Assembly (NCBI GenBank): GCA_965246715.1
Contig: CBDFFH010000027.1
Span: forward strand, 128,001-192,000
Source of the DNA: Chamaesiphon sp.
Lineage (GTDB): Bacteria > Cyanobacteriota > Cyanobacteriia > Cyanobacteriales > Chamaesiphonaceae
Direction: 5' to 3'
Length of the DNA stretch: 64,000 nt
In this document: piece after piece, positions 9,131 to 19,672 of the stretch
How positions within the stretch are numbered: the first letter of the stretch is position 1
Layout of the letters: every line of letters begins with the position of its first letter
Notes under the pieces: model-generated
The model's input: the letters and a program-made list of their open reading frames with translations, nothing else
Told to the model about the DNA's origin: nothing
The model's database searches: none
Translations under genes and position numbers: made by a program

Positions 9131-10209
9131 GATAACTATTGCCACAAAATCAATAATCGGTCATTCGATCGACTCTTCTTTGCCGCTCACGCGCAACACG
9201 ATTTTGCCCAGATAATGATGTTTCATCGCGTCTTGTGCTTGTGCCGCCTCTTCCAGCGCAAATGTCTGGGCAATGTGAACTTGAAACTCACCGATGCCCA
9301 CCAATCGGTTGAGTCGATCGAGCAACATCGGGTTGGCGAATCCATTTGCCTTCTTGAGTTCCACCCCTTCTGACACTTTGGGTTCGGGCATCACGCCATC
9401 AGGAAAGGCGACGATCCCGCCCTGACGAACCAAACTCAGCGTGGATTGAACTTTGTCGCCGCCCACCAGCACCAGCGCGGTATCGAAACCATCAGGCGCA
9501 AAGGCGCGGGCGCGTTCTATAACGTCGTCGCTGTGTCCGTCCACCGCTGCATCAGCACCTAACTGCTCGACCAACTCCACGCCGTCTGTGCCCGATGCAA
9601 TGGCGAAAACATGTGCCCCCATGCGCTTGGCGAGTTGAAGCGCGGCGTGACCGACACTACCGCTCGCGCCCCACAGCATCAATTTAGTTCCATTGCCCAT
9701 CTCTAATGCCTCTAAATTACTCAGTGCCGTCGCACCAGCGCACGGCAGTCCGCCTGCCATCAGCATATCGAGACCATCGGGCAGCGGCGCGACCGTCTGT
9801 TCGGATACGACGACATATTGTGCGTAGGAACCGCCCTTGTCGTTCATGTAGCTTTGGGCGTATACACGATCGCCGACGGCAAACCGCTCGACACCGTTGC
9901 CGACAGCGGCGATGGTGCCCGCACATTCGCTGCCCAGCACTCGCGGAAAGTGGACTTCGTTAGACACCACGCCTTCGCGCTCTAGCTCGTCCCAGATGTT
10001 ACCTCCAGCGATCTCGATCCGAATCAAAACTTCGCCCGCGTCCACCGTAGGCACGGGTAAGGTGTGCAACGTCAGCTTGTCAGAGCCGCCGAACTCGTCA
10101 ACAGCCATTGCTGTCATTTGTTGGGGAATGTTTGGCATATTTTTTGTACTCTCCGAAAGTTTAAGAAAAACGCTATGTGTTGATAACTATTGCCACAAAA
10201 TCAATAATC
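9131..10209. repeat. 28-bp direct repeat (9131-9158 and 10182-10209) flanking one gene
   Basis: GATAACTATTGCCACAAAATCAATAATC occurs twice, each preceded by CGCTATGT. Confidence 0.85.
9161..10138 (-). CDS. NADP-dependent MDR oxidoreductase
   Basis: LGSECAG, GASGSVG and GKIVL motifs. Confidence 0.9.
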   Translation of the reverse strand: MPNIPQQMTAMAVDEFGGSDKLTLHTLPVPTVDAGEVLIRIEIAGGNIWDELEREGVVSNEVHFPRVLGSECAGTIAAVGNGVERFAVGDRVYAQSYMNDKGGSYAQYVVVSEQTVAPLPDGLDMLMAGGLPCAGATALSNLEALEMGNGTKLMLWGASGSVGHAALQLAKRMGAHVFAIASGTDGVELVEQLGADAAVDGHSDDVIERARAFAPDGFDTALVLVGGDKVQSTLSLVRQGGIVAFPDGVMPEPKVSEGVELKKANGFANPMLLDRLNRLVGIGEFQVHIAQTFALEEAAQAQDAMKHHYLGKIVLRVSGKEESIE

Positions 10210-10250
10210 TGTCGTTTGGAGCATAGGTAAAGAAGCTGCAATATACCGCC

Positions 10251-10408
10251 GCCCACCATCTAGGCTCCAGCCAAAGTCAAATCGAGAAAAGTAGGGTGGG
10301 CACTGCCGATCTGTAAGCTGAACACGATTTATTTGGATTTTTCTCTAATAATCTTGGTTGTTATAATTATTTGTCAAATAGATAATGTCTGAAATCTAGA
10401 TGGTGGGC
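10251..10408. repeat. Cluster of degenerate GTAG-type REP-like sequences
   Basis: 13-bp inverted repeat GCCCACCATCTAG (10251-10263 / 10396-10408) with GTAGGGTGGGCACTGCC at 10291. Confidence 0.55.
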
Positions 10409-10432
10409 ACTGCTACAAAGCTGCAAACTGAT

Positions 10433-11437
10433 TCACGCCATCTCAATGATGATTTTACCGATCGTCTGTCCGCTGTCCTGGGCTTCATGAGCATCAGCCA
10501 CTTGCTGTAGCGAAAATGTTTTGGCAATCTGGAAGTGCAAGATTCCAGCTTCGAGAGCAGTGGTAATGTCACGAATTGCGGCATCTTTGGCAGCCTGGGG
10601 CACTGTATAGACCCGAATCATCCGAATTGTAATGTTGCGGAACTCCCACGGGACGATTGGGATATTTAGCAGCTCGCCAGGATTTCCGGCATAAAGTACC
10701 ACCACACCATTAGTATTTAGAGTGGCATCAGCAATCGCCACATTTGCCGCAAAGTTGACATCGACAAGGCGATCGACTCCACATTCTTTGCCAGTTAGCT
10801 CCCGAATTCGGGCGACGACATCCTCATGCTTGTAATTGATGATGTCATCAGCACCAGCAACCTTGGCAATTTCTGCCTGTTCGGGACGGCTGACTGTCGC
10901 GATAACAGTCGCACCACCCCATTTCGACCATTGCACCGCGTAGCTACCGACCGATCCGCCGCCCCCTGTAACGAGCACGAGCCGATCTTGGACATCGCCA
11001 TCAGCAAATACCGCCCGATGAGCCGTCATCGCTGAGACACCCAAACAAGCCCCCTCGGCATAGCTAATTCGATCGGGGAGATGCACCGCTTTTCGTTCGG
11101 GCACAACGACATATTCTGCCGCTGTCCCAAACGGTTGTTCAAATTGCCCTTCATAAATCCAAACTCGTTCGCCAATTCGATTTGGATTTACGCCTTCCCC
11201 AATGCTCTCGATCGTGCCTGCGCCATCCTGGTGGGGGATAACCCGATCGAGAGATGCCGCGACTCCACCCCAGCCACTCCGCCGTTTGGTATCCGATGGA
11301 TTTACGCCAGAAGCATAAACTCTAATCCTCACCTCCCCCACACCTGGCTCTGGGACTGGGATTTGTCCAAATTGAATCACCTCATGTGCTTTACCCGGTC
11401 GATCGTACCAAGCTGCTTGCATTGTTTGTTGATTCAT
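10433..11437 (-). CDS. NADPH:quinone reductase (zeta-crystallin-like)
   Basis: GVNPSD, PHQDGAG, GTAAEY and GGGGSVG motifs. Confidence 0.92.
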   Translation of the reverse strand: MNQQTMQAAWYDRPGKAHEVIQFGQIPVPEPGVGEVRIRVYASGVNPSDTKRRSGWGGVAASLDRVIPHQDGAGTIESIGEGVNPNRIGERVWIYEGQFEQPFGTAAEYVVVPERKAVHLPDRISYAEGACLGVSAMTAHRAVFADGDVQDRLVLVTGGGGSVGSYAVQWSKWGGATVIATVSRPEQAEIAKVAGADDIINYKHEDVVARIRELTGKECGVDRLVDVNFAANVAIADATLNTNGVVVLYAGNPGELLNIPIVPWEFRNITIRMIRVYTVPQAAKDAAIRDITTALEAGILHFQIAKTFSLQQVADAHEAQDSGQTIGKIIIEMA

Positions 11438-11561
11438 CGATAGTTAATCCCTTTGCTGCTATTGGTTTGCCGGATCGTTGAAATCGATAAGTCTTAGGAT
11501 CTAGGTTTCAGACACCCGATTGCGCGTGAGTGTCCAAAACATCATTTTTGGGTGGGGCTTT

Positions 11562-12470
11562 TCATGCAGCTTCTTTACTGATGAGAAATTGCTTAACTGT
11601 CATCGGGTGAATTTGGGGATAGCGGTCATTTTCAATCCGATCGAGTTTGCCCTTGCCCGATACCATCGCGTAAATATATTGGTGGTAAACGTACTCTTCG
11701 AGTTTACTGGCTGCCGCTTTTTTGGCAGCAATCCAGGTTTTAAATTCGGTCACACTGCCCAATAGTTTTTCAGTTAATTTGGTACCTGTCGCCTCTTCAT
11801 AAGTGGCTTTCAACTGCTTGGCAGTCAGAGTATCACCCGCGACTTCCAGTGCCTTATTTGCCAAGCTAGGATCGATCGCAGCTTCGGCGACATACTTGGC
11901 GGTATCATCAGTAGTGGTGAAATTCATCGGCATTTCACCATCACCCCAGTATTGAAATGTCTGATGTTCCAGATCGAACAGCGGCATATAAGTGATGCTG
12001 TCCATAAATGCCCCATTGAGCACTAAGGTATATTCCAAACCGCTCTGCTGAAGATACTCAAGTACTTCCTTACGCTTGTCCAGATTATCATTGTCGCCGT
12101 AGTCCAACCCGCGATAGTCCGCCGAATAATCGGAGGGAATGAACCGCTTCACGCCCTGCTGTTTGGCAGCATCGATTAAGTTTTTCTGCCCTGGCACGGT
12201 TGCGTCACTATTCCCGATCGCCGATACGACCACATCGACTCCCGTACAAGGGGAGAGTAGAGTTTCAGGTTGCATCACGTCGCCTTCGACGATCGTTGCG
12301 CCCTTAACTTTCATTGCGTCGATCTTTTGGCGATTTTTTTCATTACTGTCATTAATCGAGCGTACCATTGCTCGAACATCAATGTTGCCTTTGTCGAGTA
12401 GAGCCGAAACAATCTTAGTACCCAGCATTCCTGTTGCACCAGCAACCAAAACCGTCGATTTTGTAGTCAT
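11562..12470 (-). CDS. NmrA/aromatic alcohol reductase family oxidoreductase
   Basis: GATGMLG and GVKRFIPSDYS motifs. Confidence 0.92.
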   Translation of the reverse strand: MTTKSTVLVAGATGMLGTKIVSALLDKGNIDVRAMVRSINDSNEKNRQKIDAMKVKGATIVEGDVMQPETLLSPCTGVDVVVSAIGNSDATVPGQKNLIDAAKQQGVKRFIPSDYSADYRGLDYGDNDNLDKRKEVLEYLQQSGLEYTLVLNGAFMDSITYMPLFDLEHQTFQYWGDGEMPMNFTTTDDTAKYVAEAAIDPSLANKALEVAGDTLTAKQLKATYEEATGTKLTEKLLGSVTEFKTWIAAKKAAASKLEEYVYHQYIYAMVSGKGKLDRIENDRYPQIHPMTVKQFLISKEAA

Positions 12471-12512
12471 GATTCATTCTCCTGATAAATTTTTAGGTTA
12501 TAACTAGCGACA

Positions 12513-13382
12513 CTAGATTGATGCACCAGCAAAAAAAGCGAGAAGATGTCTCGAAAGGCTATCGGGTTGTTCTTCGGCAAGCCAATGTCCAGAGTTTTCG
12601 ATGATTTGACTTTGCACATTGGCTGCGACTGCTTGCACTCCTTCAAGCAGTCCCTCGATCGGACTATTGCTTCCGGTCAAAATCAGGACTGGCATTAGCA
12701 GCTTGCTTTTTGCCAGTTCGCGGTTTTGCTGCCCATCTTTGAGCAAGGTGCGATAATACTCAAATCCGTTGTGCATTCCGTTTGGTGCGGCGTAGTGACG
12801 GACATATTCCTCAATTGCATCCGCTTCGACTCCAGTTCGATAGACGAGTGCACAGAGATACTCTCGCTCTCTTCCGGCTGTCAGCAGTTCTGGAATCTCA
12901 GGAGCCATGTGGAAGCCAAAGTGCCAAAAGCCGCCTTTAGCAACATCCATTTTATCTTCTAGCCCAAAACCAGGCAGCAAAGATTCTGCCAGTACCAATC
13001 GCTGTATAGTTTCTGGATGAATAGTCGCGTAGGCATAGGCAACCATTGCGCCAATGTCATGACCGACGAGGTGGATGTGTTCAAACCCCAAATGAGTGAC
13101 GAGCTGATGGATGACTTTGGCGATCGATCGTTTGTCATAGCCTGTTGTTGGCTCAGAAGAGTCTCCCAGTCCAGGTAAGTCAGGAGCAATAACAGTGTAA
13201 TGCTGGGCAAGTATTGGCATAATCTTGCGCCACTCATACCAGGTTTCTGGCCAGCCATGCAACAACACAATTGGCTCACCCTGTCCGCCAATAACGTAAT
13301 GTAAACGCACACCATCAAGGTTTACTGTATTGTGCGTAAATGTTTGCTCGAAATCTTCAGAGAGAGAATTCATTTTAAGCAT
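12513..13382 (-). CDS. alpha/beta hydrolase (epoxide hydrolase-like)
   Basis: HGWP, GHDIG and GHWLAEE motifs. Confidence 0.92.
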   Translation of the reverse strand: MLKMNSLSEDFEQTFTHNTVNLDGVRLHYVIGGQGEPIVLLHGWPETWYEWRKIMPILAQHYTVIAPDLPGLGDSSEPTTGYDKRSIAKVIHQLVTHLGFEHIHLVGHDIGAMVAYAYATIHPETIQRLVLAESLLPGFGLEDKMDVAKGGFWHFGFHMAPEIPELLTAGREREYLCALVYRTGVEADAIEEYVRHYAAPNGMHNGFEYYRTLLKDGQQNRELAKSKLLMPVLILTGSNSPIEGLLEGVQAVAANVQSQIIENSGHWLAEEQPDSLSRHLLAFFAGASI

Positions 13383-14280
13383 TTCCTTGGTTCATAAATT
13401 GCTTAACGCTCATGGGTTTGATGTGGGGATAGCGATCGTTCTGAAGGCGATCGAGCTTGCCTTTACCCGATACCATCGCATAATCATACTGATCCGATAT
13501 ATACTCAGCGAGTGAGCTGACGGACGCTTTTTTGGTAGCAATCCAAGCTTGCATTTCTGGGATACTGCCCAACCGTTTTTCGGCTAATTGGGTGCCCGTT
13601 GCCGCTTCATAAGTGGCTTTCAACTGCTTGGCGGTCAGAGTATCACCCGCGACTTCTAATGCTGTGTTTGCCAAGCCTGTTTCGCTCACGGCTTCGGCTA
13701 CATACTTGGCAGTATCATCAGGAGCCGTAAAATCCATCGGCATTTCACCATCGCCCCAGTATTGAAATGTCTGATGTTCTAGGTCAAACTCAGGCATATA
13801 GGGGATAAACTCCATAAACGCCCCGTTCAACACTAGGGTATATTCCAAACCACTCTGCTGGAGATGCTCAAGCACTTCTTTACGCTTGTCCAAGTTGTCG
13901 TTGTCCCCATAGTCCAGCTTGCGATAGTCCACCGAATAATCTGAAGGAATGAAGCGTTTCACCCCCTGTTGTTTGGCAGCATCAATCAAGTTTTTCTGCC
14001 CTGGAACTGTCACTTCATTGTTACCGACTGCCGATACGACTACATCGACTCCCGTACAAGGGTTCAGCAAGGTCTCAGGTTGCATCATGTCGCCTTCGAC
14101 GATCGTCGCGCCCTTGGCTTTCAATGCGTCGATCTTTTGGCGATTTTCTGGCTTGCTGTCATTAATCGAGCGTACCATTGCCCGAACATCAATGTTACCT
14201 TTGTCGAGGAGAGCCGAAACAATCTTAGTACCCAGCATTCCTGTAGCACCAGCAACTAGAACCGTCAGTTTGCTAGTCAT
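13375..14280 (-). CDS. NmrA family oxidoreductase, close paralog of 11562-12470
   Basis: Collinear with 11562-12470; start MTSKLTV at 14280. Confidence 0.92.
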   Translation of the reverse strand: MTSKLTVLVAGATGMLGTKIVSALLDKGNIDVRAMVRSINDSKPENRQKIDALKAKGATIVEGDMMQPETLLNPCTGVDVVVSAVGNNEVTVPGQKNLIDAAKQQGVKRFIPSDYSVDYRKLDYGDNDNLDKRKEVLEHLQQSGLEYTLVLNGAFMEFIPYMPEFDLEHQTFQYWGDGEMPMDFTAPDDTAKYVAEAVSETGLANTALEVAGDTLTAKQLKATYEAATGTQLAEKRLGSIPEMQAWIATKKASVSSLAEYISDQYDYAMVSGKGKLDRLQNDRYPHIKPMSVKQFMNQGNA

Positions 14281-14323
14281 GATTTTCCTTGTAAATTTTA
14301 CAGAATTTGTCATTTGTCGCGAT

Positions 14324-14347
14324 TGGTCGCAGCGGAGGCTACGCCAA
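14324..14347 (+). repeat. Double-hairpin element, 24 nt (stem 1 degenerate)
   Basis: GCGAT[TGGTCGCAGCGGA GGC tac GCC AA]CG. Confidence 0.8.
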
Positions 14348-14388
14348 CGATTCGTCGGAGCTAAACTCAAATCACCTAATGTTAGGTT

Positions 14389-14898
14389 TTAGTCTTCGTA
14401 ACCTTGTAAGAAATTAGTTTTAGCCGCAGGGTACTTTTGAATGACTTGCGCCATCGCCCGATTAGCTTGTTCTCGGTCGGGAAAAGGCATCGAAGGCGGC
14501 AATGTCCGCGCCTGGGCGGGCACAGTTGTCGCCATAATCATGTGCTCAAAACCTGCGGGTACATAGGTATTGAGTAGTCGTACCGTTTCTGAGTCGATTT
14601 GAAAAGCGTGTTTTGTGCCCCGTGGAATTGATACCAACGATCCGGCGGTGGCCTTAATCGGCTGGTCTTCAACAAAGAAGGTAGCTTCACCTTCGAGGAT
14701 ATAGAAGGTTTCATCTGCCGCCTCATGAATGTGCGGCGGTGCTGCTGGCCCCTGCGGGATCAGCTCTTCGATGCAGGAATACTCTCCGTTGGTGTCTTCA
14801 GCAGTTGCCAGCATAATCCAGAGAATGCCCTGACCCCAGTAAGCGCGACCTTGGGTATGATTGACTTCAAAAGCTTGTGGCTGATTTTGTACGTTCAT
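14389..14898 (-). CDS. Cupin (quercetin 2,3-dioxygenase-like)
   Basis: PPHIH...ETFYILEG...IPRGTKHAF. Confidence 0.9.
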   Translation of the reverse strand: MNVQNQPQAFEVNHTQGRAYWGQGILWIMLATAEDTNGEYSCIEELIPQGPAAPPHIHEAADETFYILEGEATFFVEDQPIKATAGSLVSIPRGTKHAFQIDSETVRLLNTYVPAGFEHMIMATTVPAQARTLPPSMPFPDREQANRAMAQVIQKYPAAKTNFLQGYED

Positions 14899-14962
14899 GG
14901 ATGGCTCTTTTTATGTACATTGGCGATCGAAACTAGACTTCGATCGTCCGGTGGCGGGTAGT

Positions 14963-15475
14963 TTATCCGGCGAAACCTTCCAAGTAAGTAGTTTTAGCCG
15001 CAGGATAATTCTCAACGGCTTTATCTAGTGCTCGAACAGCTTCTGTTTGGTCGGGAAAAGTCACCCCACCAGGTGGCAATGTGCGGGCTTGAGCGGGTAC
15101 CGACGTTGCCATAATCGCGTGCTCAAACCCTGCGGGTACATAGGTATTGAGTAGCCGTACCGTGTCCGAATCGATTTGAAAAGCGTGTTTTGTGCCGCGT
15201 GGAATTGCCACAAACGATCCGGCGGTGCCTTTAATCGGCTTGTCTTCTACCATGAAGGTCATTTCGCCTTCGAGGATGTAGAAGGTTTCATCTGCCAGCT
15301 CATGGATGTGAGGGCCAGGTCCCGCACCGCGTGGGATCAACTGTTCGATACAGGAATACTCTCCATTCGTATCTTCGGCAGTCGCCAGCATAATCCAGAG
15401 AATACCTACACCCCAGTAAGCGGGTGCTTCAGTCTGATTGACTTCAAAAGCTTGTGGCTGATTTTGTGCGTTCAT
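14963..15475 (-). CDS. Cupin, tandem paralog
   Basis: GPHIHE...ETFYILEG; start MNAQNQ matches the paralog. Confidence 0.9.
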   Translation of the reverse strand: MNAQNQPQAFEVNQTEAPAYWGVGILWIMLATAEDTNGEYSCIEQLIPRGAGPGPHIHELADETFYILEGEMTFMVEDKPIKGTAGSFVAIPRGTKHAFQIDSDTVRLLNTYVPAGFEHAIMATSVPAQARTLPPGGVTFPDQTEAVRALDKAVENYPAAKTTYLEGFAG

Positions 15476-15531
15476 TGATAAATCCTTGTAATTTACGCGG
15501 TTATTAAAACGATCGCCGACTAGTTCTCGAT

Positions 15532-15555
15532 TACCTCTCGGCGCGGCTCCGCCAA
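15532..15555 (+). repeat. Double-hairpin element, 24 nt
   Basis: CGAT[TACCTCTCGGCGC GGC tcc GCC AA]CG; nearly identical to 3851-3874. Confidence 0.85.
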
Positions 15556-15719
15556 CGAGCAAAGTTTACCCTGTGCCTAACGGCAGACATCCGCCACCGC
15601 GAAAGACTTGGGCTTGAGTTTGGTGCGAACCAAATAAATCTATTGTTGTAAAGATGCCAATTTGTTCGAGTCTGTGGTGCTAAAGCAATGTCAACTCGAT
15701 TTAGAACCCATCTGTCTCT

Positions 15720-15775
15720 ATCGTAATGAACTTAATTAGCGAAATTTATCACGTTCTTGCTCTCTTGAATATTTG
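15720..15775 (-). promoter_or_regulatory. Putative AraC-activated promoter
   Basis: CAAGAGAGCAAGAACGTGATA-N21-TACGAT. Confidence 0.65.
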
Positions 15776-15778
15776 GAA

Positions 15779-16546
15779 TTAGATCGACTGACCGCCAGAA
15801 ACTTCAATTCGCTGGGCATTCACCCAACGGTTTTCTTCCGAAAGCAAGGATGCGATCGCACCGCCGATATCATCAGGAACACCAACACGACCCAAAGCAG
15901 TTTGTGACGCGATGAATTTGTTGATTTCTGGATTGTCGCGGACTGAGCCGCCTGCAAAGTCCGTTTCAATCGCGCCAGGAGCAACAACGTTCACGGTGAT
16001 TTGTCTGGAGCCTAATTCCTTTGCCAGGTATCGGGTTAATACCTCAATTGCCCCCTTCGTGCTGGCATAGGCGGCATAACCAGGTAGTGTAAAGCGCGCC
16101 AGACCTGACGAAATATTGACGATCCGCCCGCCATCGGCGATTGTCGATAGTAATTTCTGGGTCAAAAAGAAAACGCCCTTAACCTGAATATTCATCAATC
16201 GGTCGAAGTCTTCCTCGGTTGTCTCGGCGAACGGTGCATAAACACCAATCCCGGCATTATTCACCAGAAAATCAAACCGATCGGTCTGCCATTTGTCTTG
16301 AAGCGACTGCTTGAGTTGCGCTACAAAACCATCAAAGGTTTTAGTGTCTGAACTATCTAGCTGTAGTGCAACGGCTTGACCACCCATTTCTTCAATGGTA
16401 GAGACGACGTTCTTTGCTTCGTCGAGACTGCTATTGTAAGTGACAATGATGCCAACTCCTTTTTTAGCAAGTGCTAAAGCAGTATTTTTGCCCAATCCTC
16501 GGCTCGATCCTGTGACCAATGCAATCTTCATCTTATCGTTAGTCAT
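15779..16546 (-). CDS. SDR family oxidoreductase
   Basis: TGSSRGLG, NNAG and YASTK motifs. Confidence 0.93.
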   Translation of the reverse strand: MTNDKMKIALVTGSSRGLGKNTALALAKKGVGIIVTYNSSLDEAKNVVSTIEEMGGQAVALQLDSSDTKTFDGFVAQLKQSLQDKWQTDRFDFLVNNAGIGVYAPFAETTEEDFDRLMNIQVKGVFFLTQKLLSTIADGGRIVNISSGLARFTLPGYAAYASTKGAIEVLTRYLAKELGSRQITVNVVAPGAIETDFAGGSVRDNPEINKFIASQTALGRVGVPDDIGGAIASLLSEENRWVNAQRIEVSGGQSI

Positions 16547-16625
16547 TGCCGTCTCCTTTGGCGATTGTATTTAGATATATCGATTGTTCGTGTGCGTGCA
16601 GTAACCGTTTTAAACCGATTTGACA

Positions 16626-17519
16626 TTAAATTTTTGAAATCACATCAAATGCACTCGTCCACTGGACATCGGGGTATCGGTCATTATCCAGCGGTTGATT
16701 TTGGACACTGAACATACTGTATAGATATTGCATTCCTTGCCAACCTGGAAACAATTCTTTTTCTCCTTCTGGGTGTGCCGCCCGCTCTTTTTTATTTGAG
16801 GCGGAAAAATCTTCCATACTGCCCATTGGGATGAGTTTAAATTCTGTCTGTTTAACTTCTTTGCCGATTGCCACCAATTCGTTCGGGCTAATTTGGAAAC
16901 TGGCAATTCGCAGAATTTTTGGAGTTGAGACATCGATCGCGGCAGCGGCAGTATAATCGGCCGTATCGTCCATCGTTGTAAAGTCGATTTTCCAATCTTG
17001 TTTATCGCCCCAATAGCCGACGCTATAATTTTTCACATCATACAGCGGCGTGTTATAGCTCAAGATTTCATTAGCAAAAGCTCCGTTTAAGATCGAAGTG
17101 ACGGCGATCGAGGATTTATCTAGATATTGATGAAACTCTTTTCTGAGATCGAAATTTCGGTTTTCACCTGTGGGAAGTTTGGTAAAGTCGGAAGAAAAAT
17201 CCGAAGGAATAAAGCGTGGGACACCTGCGGCGATCGCTGCCTCAAGCAGTTTGATTTGCGAGTCAACGATCGCATCATGCAGTCCTGATAAGGCCGAAAC
17301 TACGCACGATGCGCCTTGACAGGCTTGTTTAAGTTCCTCGGCATTCGACAGATCGATCGTCATTACTTTCGCGCCGAGTTCGGTTAGTTTAGCGATTTTT
17401 TCGGGTTCGGTACCGTTGCGGACAATGGCGCGAACTTCTGCACCCCTTTTTATCAAGGCTTTGATGATTCGTCCGCCGAGATTACCCGTTCCGCCTGCTA
17501 CTAAAATTGGTTGGTTCAT
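16626..17519 (-). CDS. NmrA family NAD(P)-binding protein
   Basis: GGTGNLG and GVPRFIPSDFS motifs; close paralog of 29079-29972. Confidence 0.92.
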   Translation of the reverse strand: MNQPILVAGGTGNLGGRIIKALIKRGAEVRAIVRNGTEPEKIAKLTELGAKVMTIDLSNAEELKQACQGASCVVSALSGLHDAIVDSQIKLLEAAIAAGVPRFIPSDFSSDFTKLPTGENRNFDLRKEFHQYLDKSSIAVTSILNGAFANEILSYNTPLYDVKNYSVGYWGDKQDWKIDFTTMDDTADYTAAAAIDVSTPKILRIASFQISPNELVAIGKEVKQTEFKLIPMGSMEDFSASNKKERAAHPEGEKELFPGWQGMQYLYSMFSVQNQPLDNDRYPDVQWTSAFDVISKI

Positions 17520-17821
17520 GATATTTTAGATATTTAAGTTTGATGCTGTGTAAACCTAGATCTCTCGCCAGCTAATCTCACGAGAAATCCAGGGTTTCAG
17601 TGTTTGCTCGGAAAATTGTCCAGACTATTGTGTCAACACTACTGTCTTAAAAATCTTGTCGTGCCAAGTCTCCTGTTGTTTATCCACGAATATTTTCTAC
17701 GATGGAGACACAGTGGTAAATACTGCCACCAAAGAGATCGATCTGCCGATCTTCCACTTCGATCGTTTCGTTGAAGTCATAGTTATCGCTGGCGATGTTG
17801 GCTGAAAGCGAATATATCTAC

Positions 17822-17889
17822 ACCCTAACGAATTTAAACACCGAAACTTATCACGTTCTTGCTGTCTTGGATGTATTGCTCAGAGTAAT
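17822..17889 (-). promoter_or_regulatory. Putative AraC-activated promoter (isolated copy of the araC 3' end)
   Basis: AGCAATACATCCAAGACAGCAAGAACGTGATA-N21-TAGGGT. Confidence 0.65.
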
Positions 17890-18190
17890 TATTTTCGGGG
17901 GAGCAAGAGCACGCTAATTCAGATTTCTGGTTGGGACAATTTGATAATAATCGGCAGGTCTGTTCCAGGATGATAGTTTTCTGCTTCAGACTCCGGTAGA
18001 TCCCAAGGCACTACTAGTCGATTACTGGCTAACATAGTTATATATGAACTAGAAAATGTCGGTATGCTTTCTGCCCTGACGATCGACCTTGTTTTTGCGA
18101 CAAAACCATGTTGTCTAGGCTGTACTCGACCCAAAATATAATTTCTTTAGATCGATCGCGGAACTCGACATCACCTTTTTATCACCTCAG

Positions 18191-19405
18191 ATGCAGTTAT
18201 CTCAAAAGCCCGGATTCCGATGGCTAGTGCTGGGTGTGGCAACGATCGCGCAAGCAACTGCCTGCTTTTTGGTGCAAGGATTGGGGGCATTATCCAGTCA
18301 TCTGCAAACCGCGCTCGAACTCAATGCTTTCGAGATTGGATTGCTGGTTTCGGCGGCCCAGATCGTTCCGGTACTGGGGTTGCTAGTTGCAGGCGAACTG
18401 CTCGATCGGTTTAACGAACGCCAGATCGTTGGCATCGGAACATTACTGGTGGCGGTGTCCCTCTGGATGGCATCGCTGGCAACCAGCTATGGCAACTTGT
18501 TAGTTTGGCTGACGCTAACTGGACTGGGTTACAGCACCGCACAGCCTGGAGGTAGTAAGTCAGTGTCAGGGTGGTTCTCAAAGCCGCAGCGGGGATTTGC
18601 AATGGGAATTCGTCAGGCTGGACTACCATTGGGAGGGTCGATCGCGGCGGCAAGCTTGCCGCTCATTGCGACAAATTATGGTTGGCAGGCAGCGTTTAAA
18701 GTCGGAGCAGGAGTCGCCTTGGCAGGGGCAGTAGTGTTTATTCTGGTTTACCGATCTCCGCCGGAGAATGCAGTTTCGGCTTCTACCTCTCAACCAAATG
18801 TGCGATCAACTTGGCGCGATCGTTTGGCACTGTTGAGATTGCCTCAGATGAGAAATATTATTTGCTCCGGTGTCTCACTGATAGCAGCTCAGTATGGAAT
18901 CGTCATTTTTCTGGCATTGTACTTGCATGAGCGATTCAGGATCTCGATCGAGACCAGCATTGTGATGCTATTTATCGCTCAAGGTGCGGGAGTAGTCGGA
19001 CGAATTGCCCTGGCCAGGTGGAGCGATCGCAGCCAACAGGGACGGTTTTTTCCAGTCTTAGTGAGCATTGTCGCGGTACTTCTAGGCTTGATGCTGCTGT
19101 TAATACCACTGACAAACTCTGTCATCGGATTGGCGGTGCTGTCGATCTGGCTGGGTTTTTTTGGGTTTGGCTGGTATGGCCCGTGGGTGACTTACGTGAG
19201 CGAATCAGCACCACCGTTGCGGGAAGGGTTTACGCTGGGTCTAGCAATGGCAATCAATCAAGTCGCAGTAATCGGCAGTCCGCCATTGCTAGGGTGGTTA
19301 CGGGATGCTACGGGCAGTTATACAGCCAGTTGGTTACTCCTTATCGTCATGCTGCTAGCTTCGTTGTTAATGGTAACGCGGCAGCATGTTCGTTACCGTC
19401 ATTAG
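18191..19405 (+). CDS. MFS transporter
   Basis: About 12 hydrophobic segments; GELLDRFNER motif A-like. Confidence 0.9.
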   Translation: MQLSQKPGFRWLVLGVATIAQATACFLVQGLGALSSHLQTALELNAFEIGLLVSAAQIVPVLGLLVAGELLDRFNERQIVGIGTLLVAVSLWMASLATSYGNLLVWLTLTGLGYSTAQPGGSKSVSGWFSKPQRGFAMGIRQAGLPLGGSIAAASLPLIATNYGWQAAFKVGAGVALAGAVVFILVYRSPPENAVSASTSQPNVRSTWRDRLALLRLPQMRNIICSGVSLIAAQYGIVIFLALYLHERFRISIETSIVMLFIAQGAGVVGRIALARWSDRSQQGRFFPVLVSIVAVLLGLMLLLIPLTNSVIGLAVLSIWLGFFGFGWYGPWVTYVSESAPPLREGFTLGLAMAINQVAVIGSPPLLGWLRDATGSYTASWLLLIVMLLASLLMVTRQHVRYRH

Positions 19406-19429
19406 TTCTATGCTTGACCTCGCCAGCCA

Positions 19430-19449
19430 GTAGGGTGGGCAGTGCCCAC
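19430..19449 (+). repeat. GTAG-type REP-like palindrome
   Basis: GTAG GGTGGGCA G TGCCCAC. Confidence 0.65.
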
Positions 19450-19510
19450 GAGCAAATTCTGACGGAGCAATGATTTCAGATTGTTATTGCGATCGCTATT
19501 CATTCACTCG

Positions 19511-19532
19511 TTGGCATCGCCTACCGAAGGTA
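19511..19532 (-). repeat. Double-hairpin element, 22 nt
   Basis: Minus strand GCGAT[TACC ttc GGTA GGC gat GCC AA]CG. Confidence 0.88.
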
Positions 19533-19559
19533 ATCGCAATAGCTGAGATTGATACTCGC

Positions 19560-19672
19560 TCGATGCTCTATTGAGAAGATTCTCTAACTGTTTTAATACT
19601 TCAATAACATCGTCAAAATTAGGTGCGGTGCCAAGCATTATCCCTTGCATCGATCGATAATCTCGCTCCAAT
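19560..19672 (-). pseudogene. C-terminal remnant of an AbiEii-like nucleotidyltransferase
   Basis: LERDYRSMQGIMLGTAPNFDDVIEVLKQLENLLN resembles AbiEii C-termini (from memory). Confidence 0.5.
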
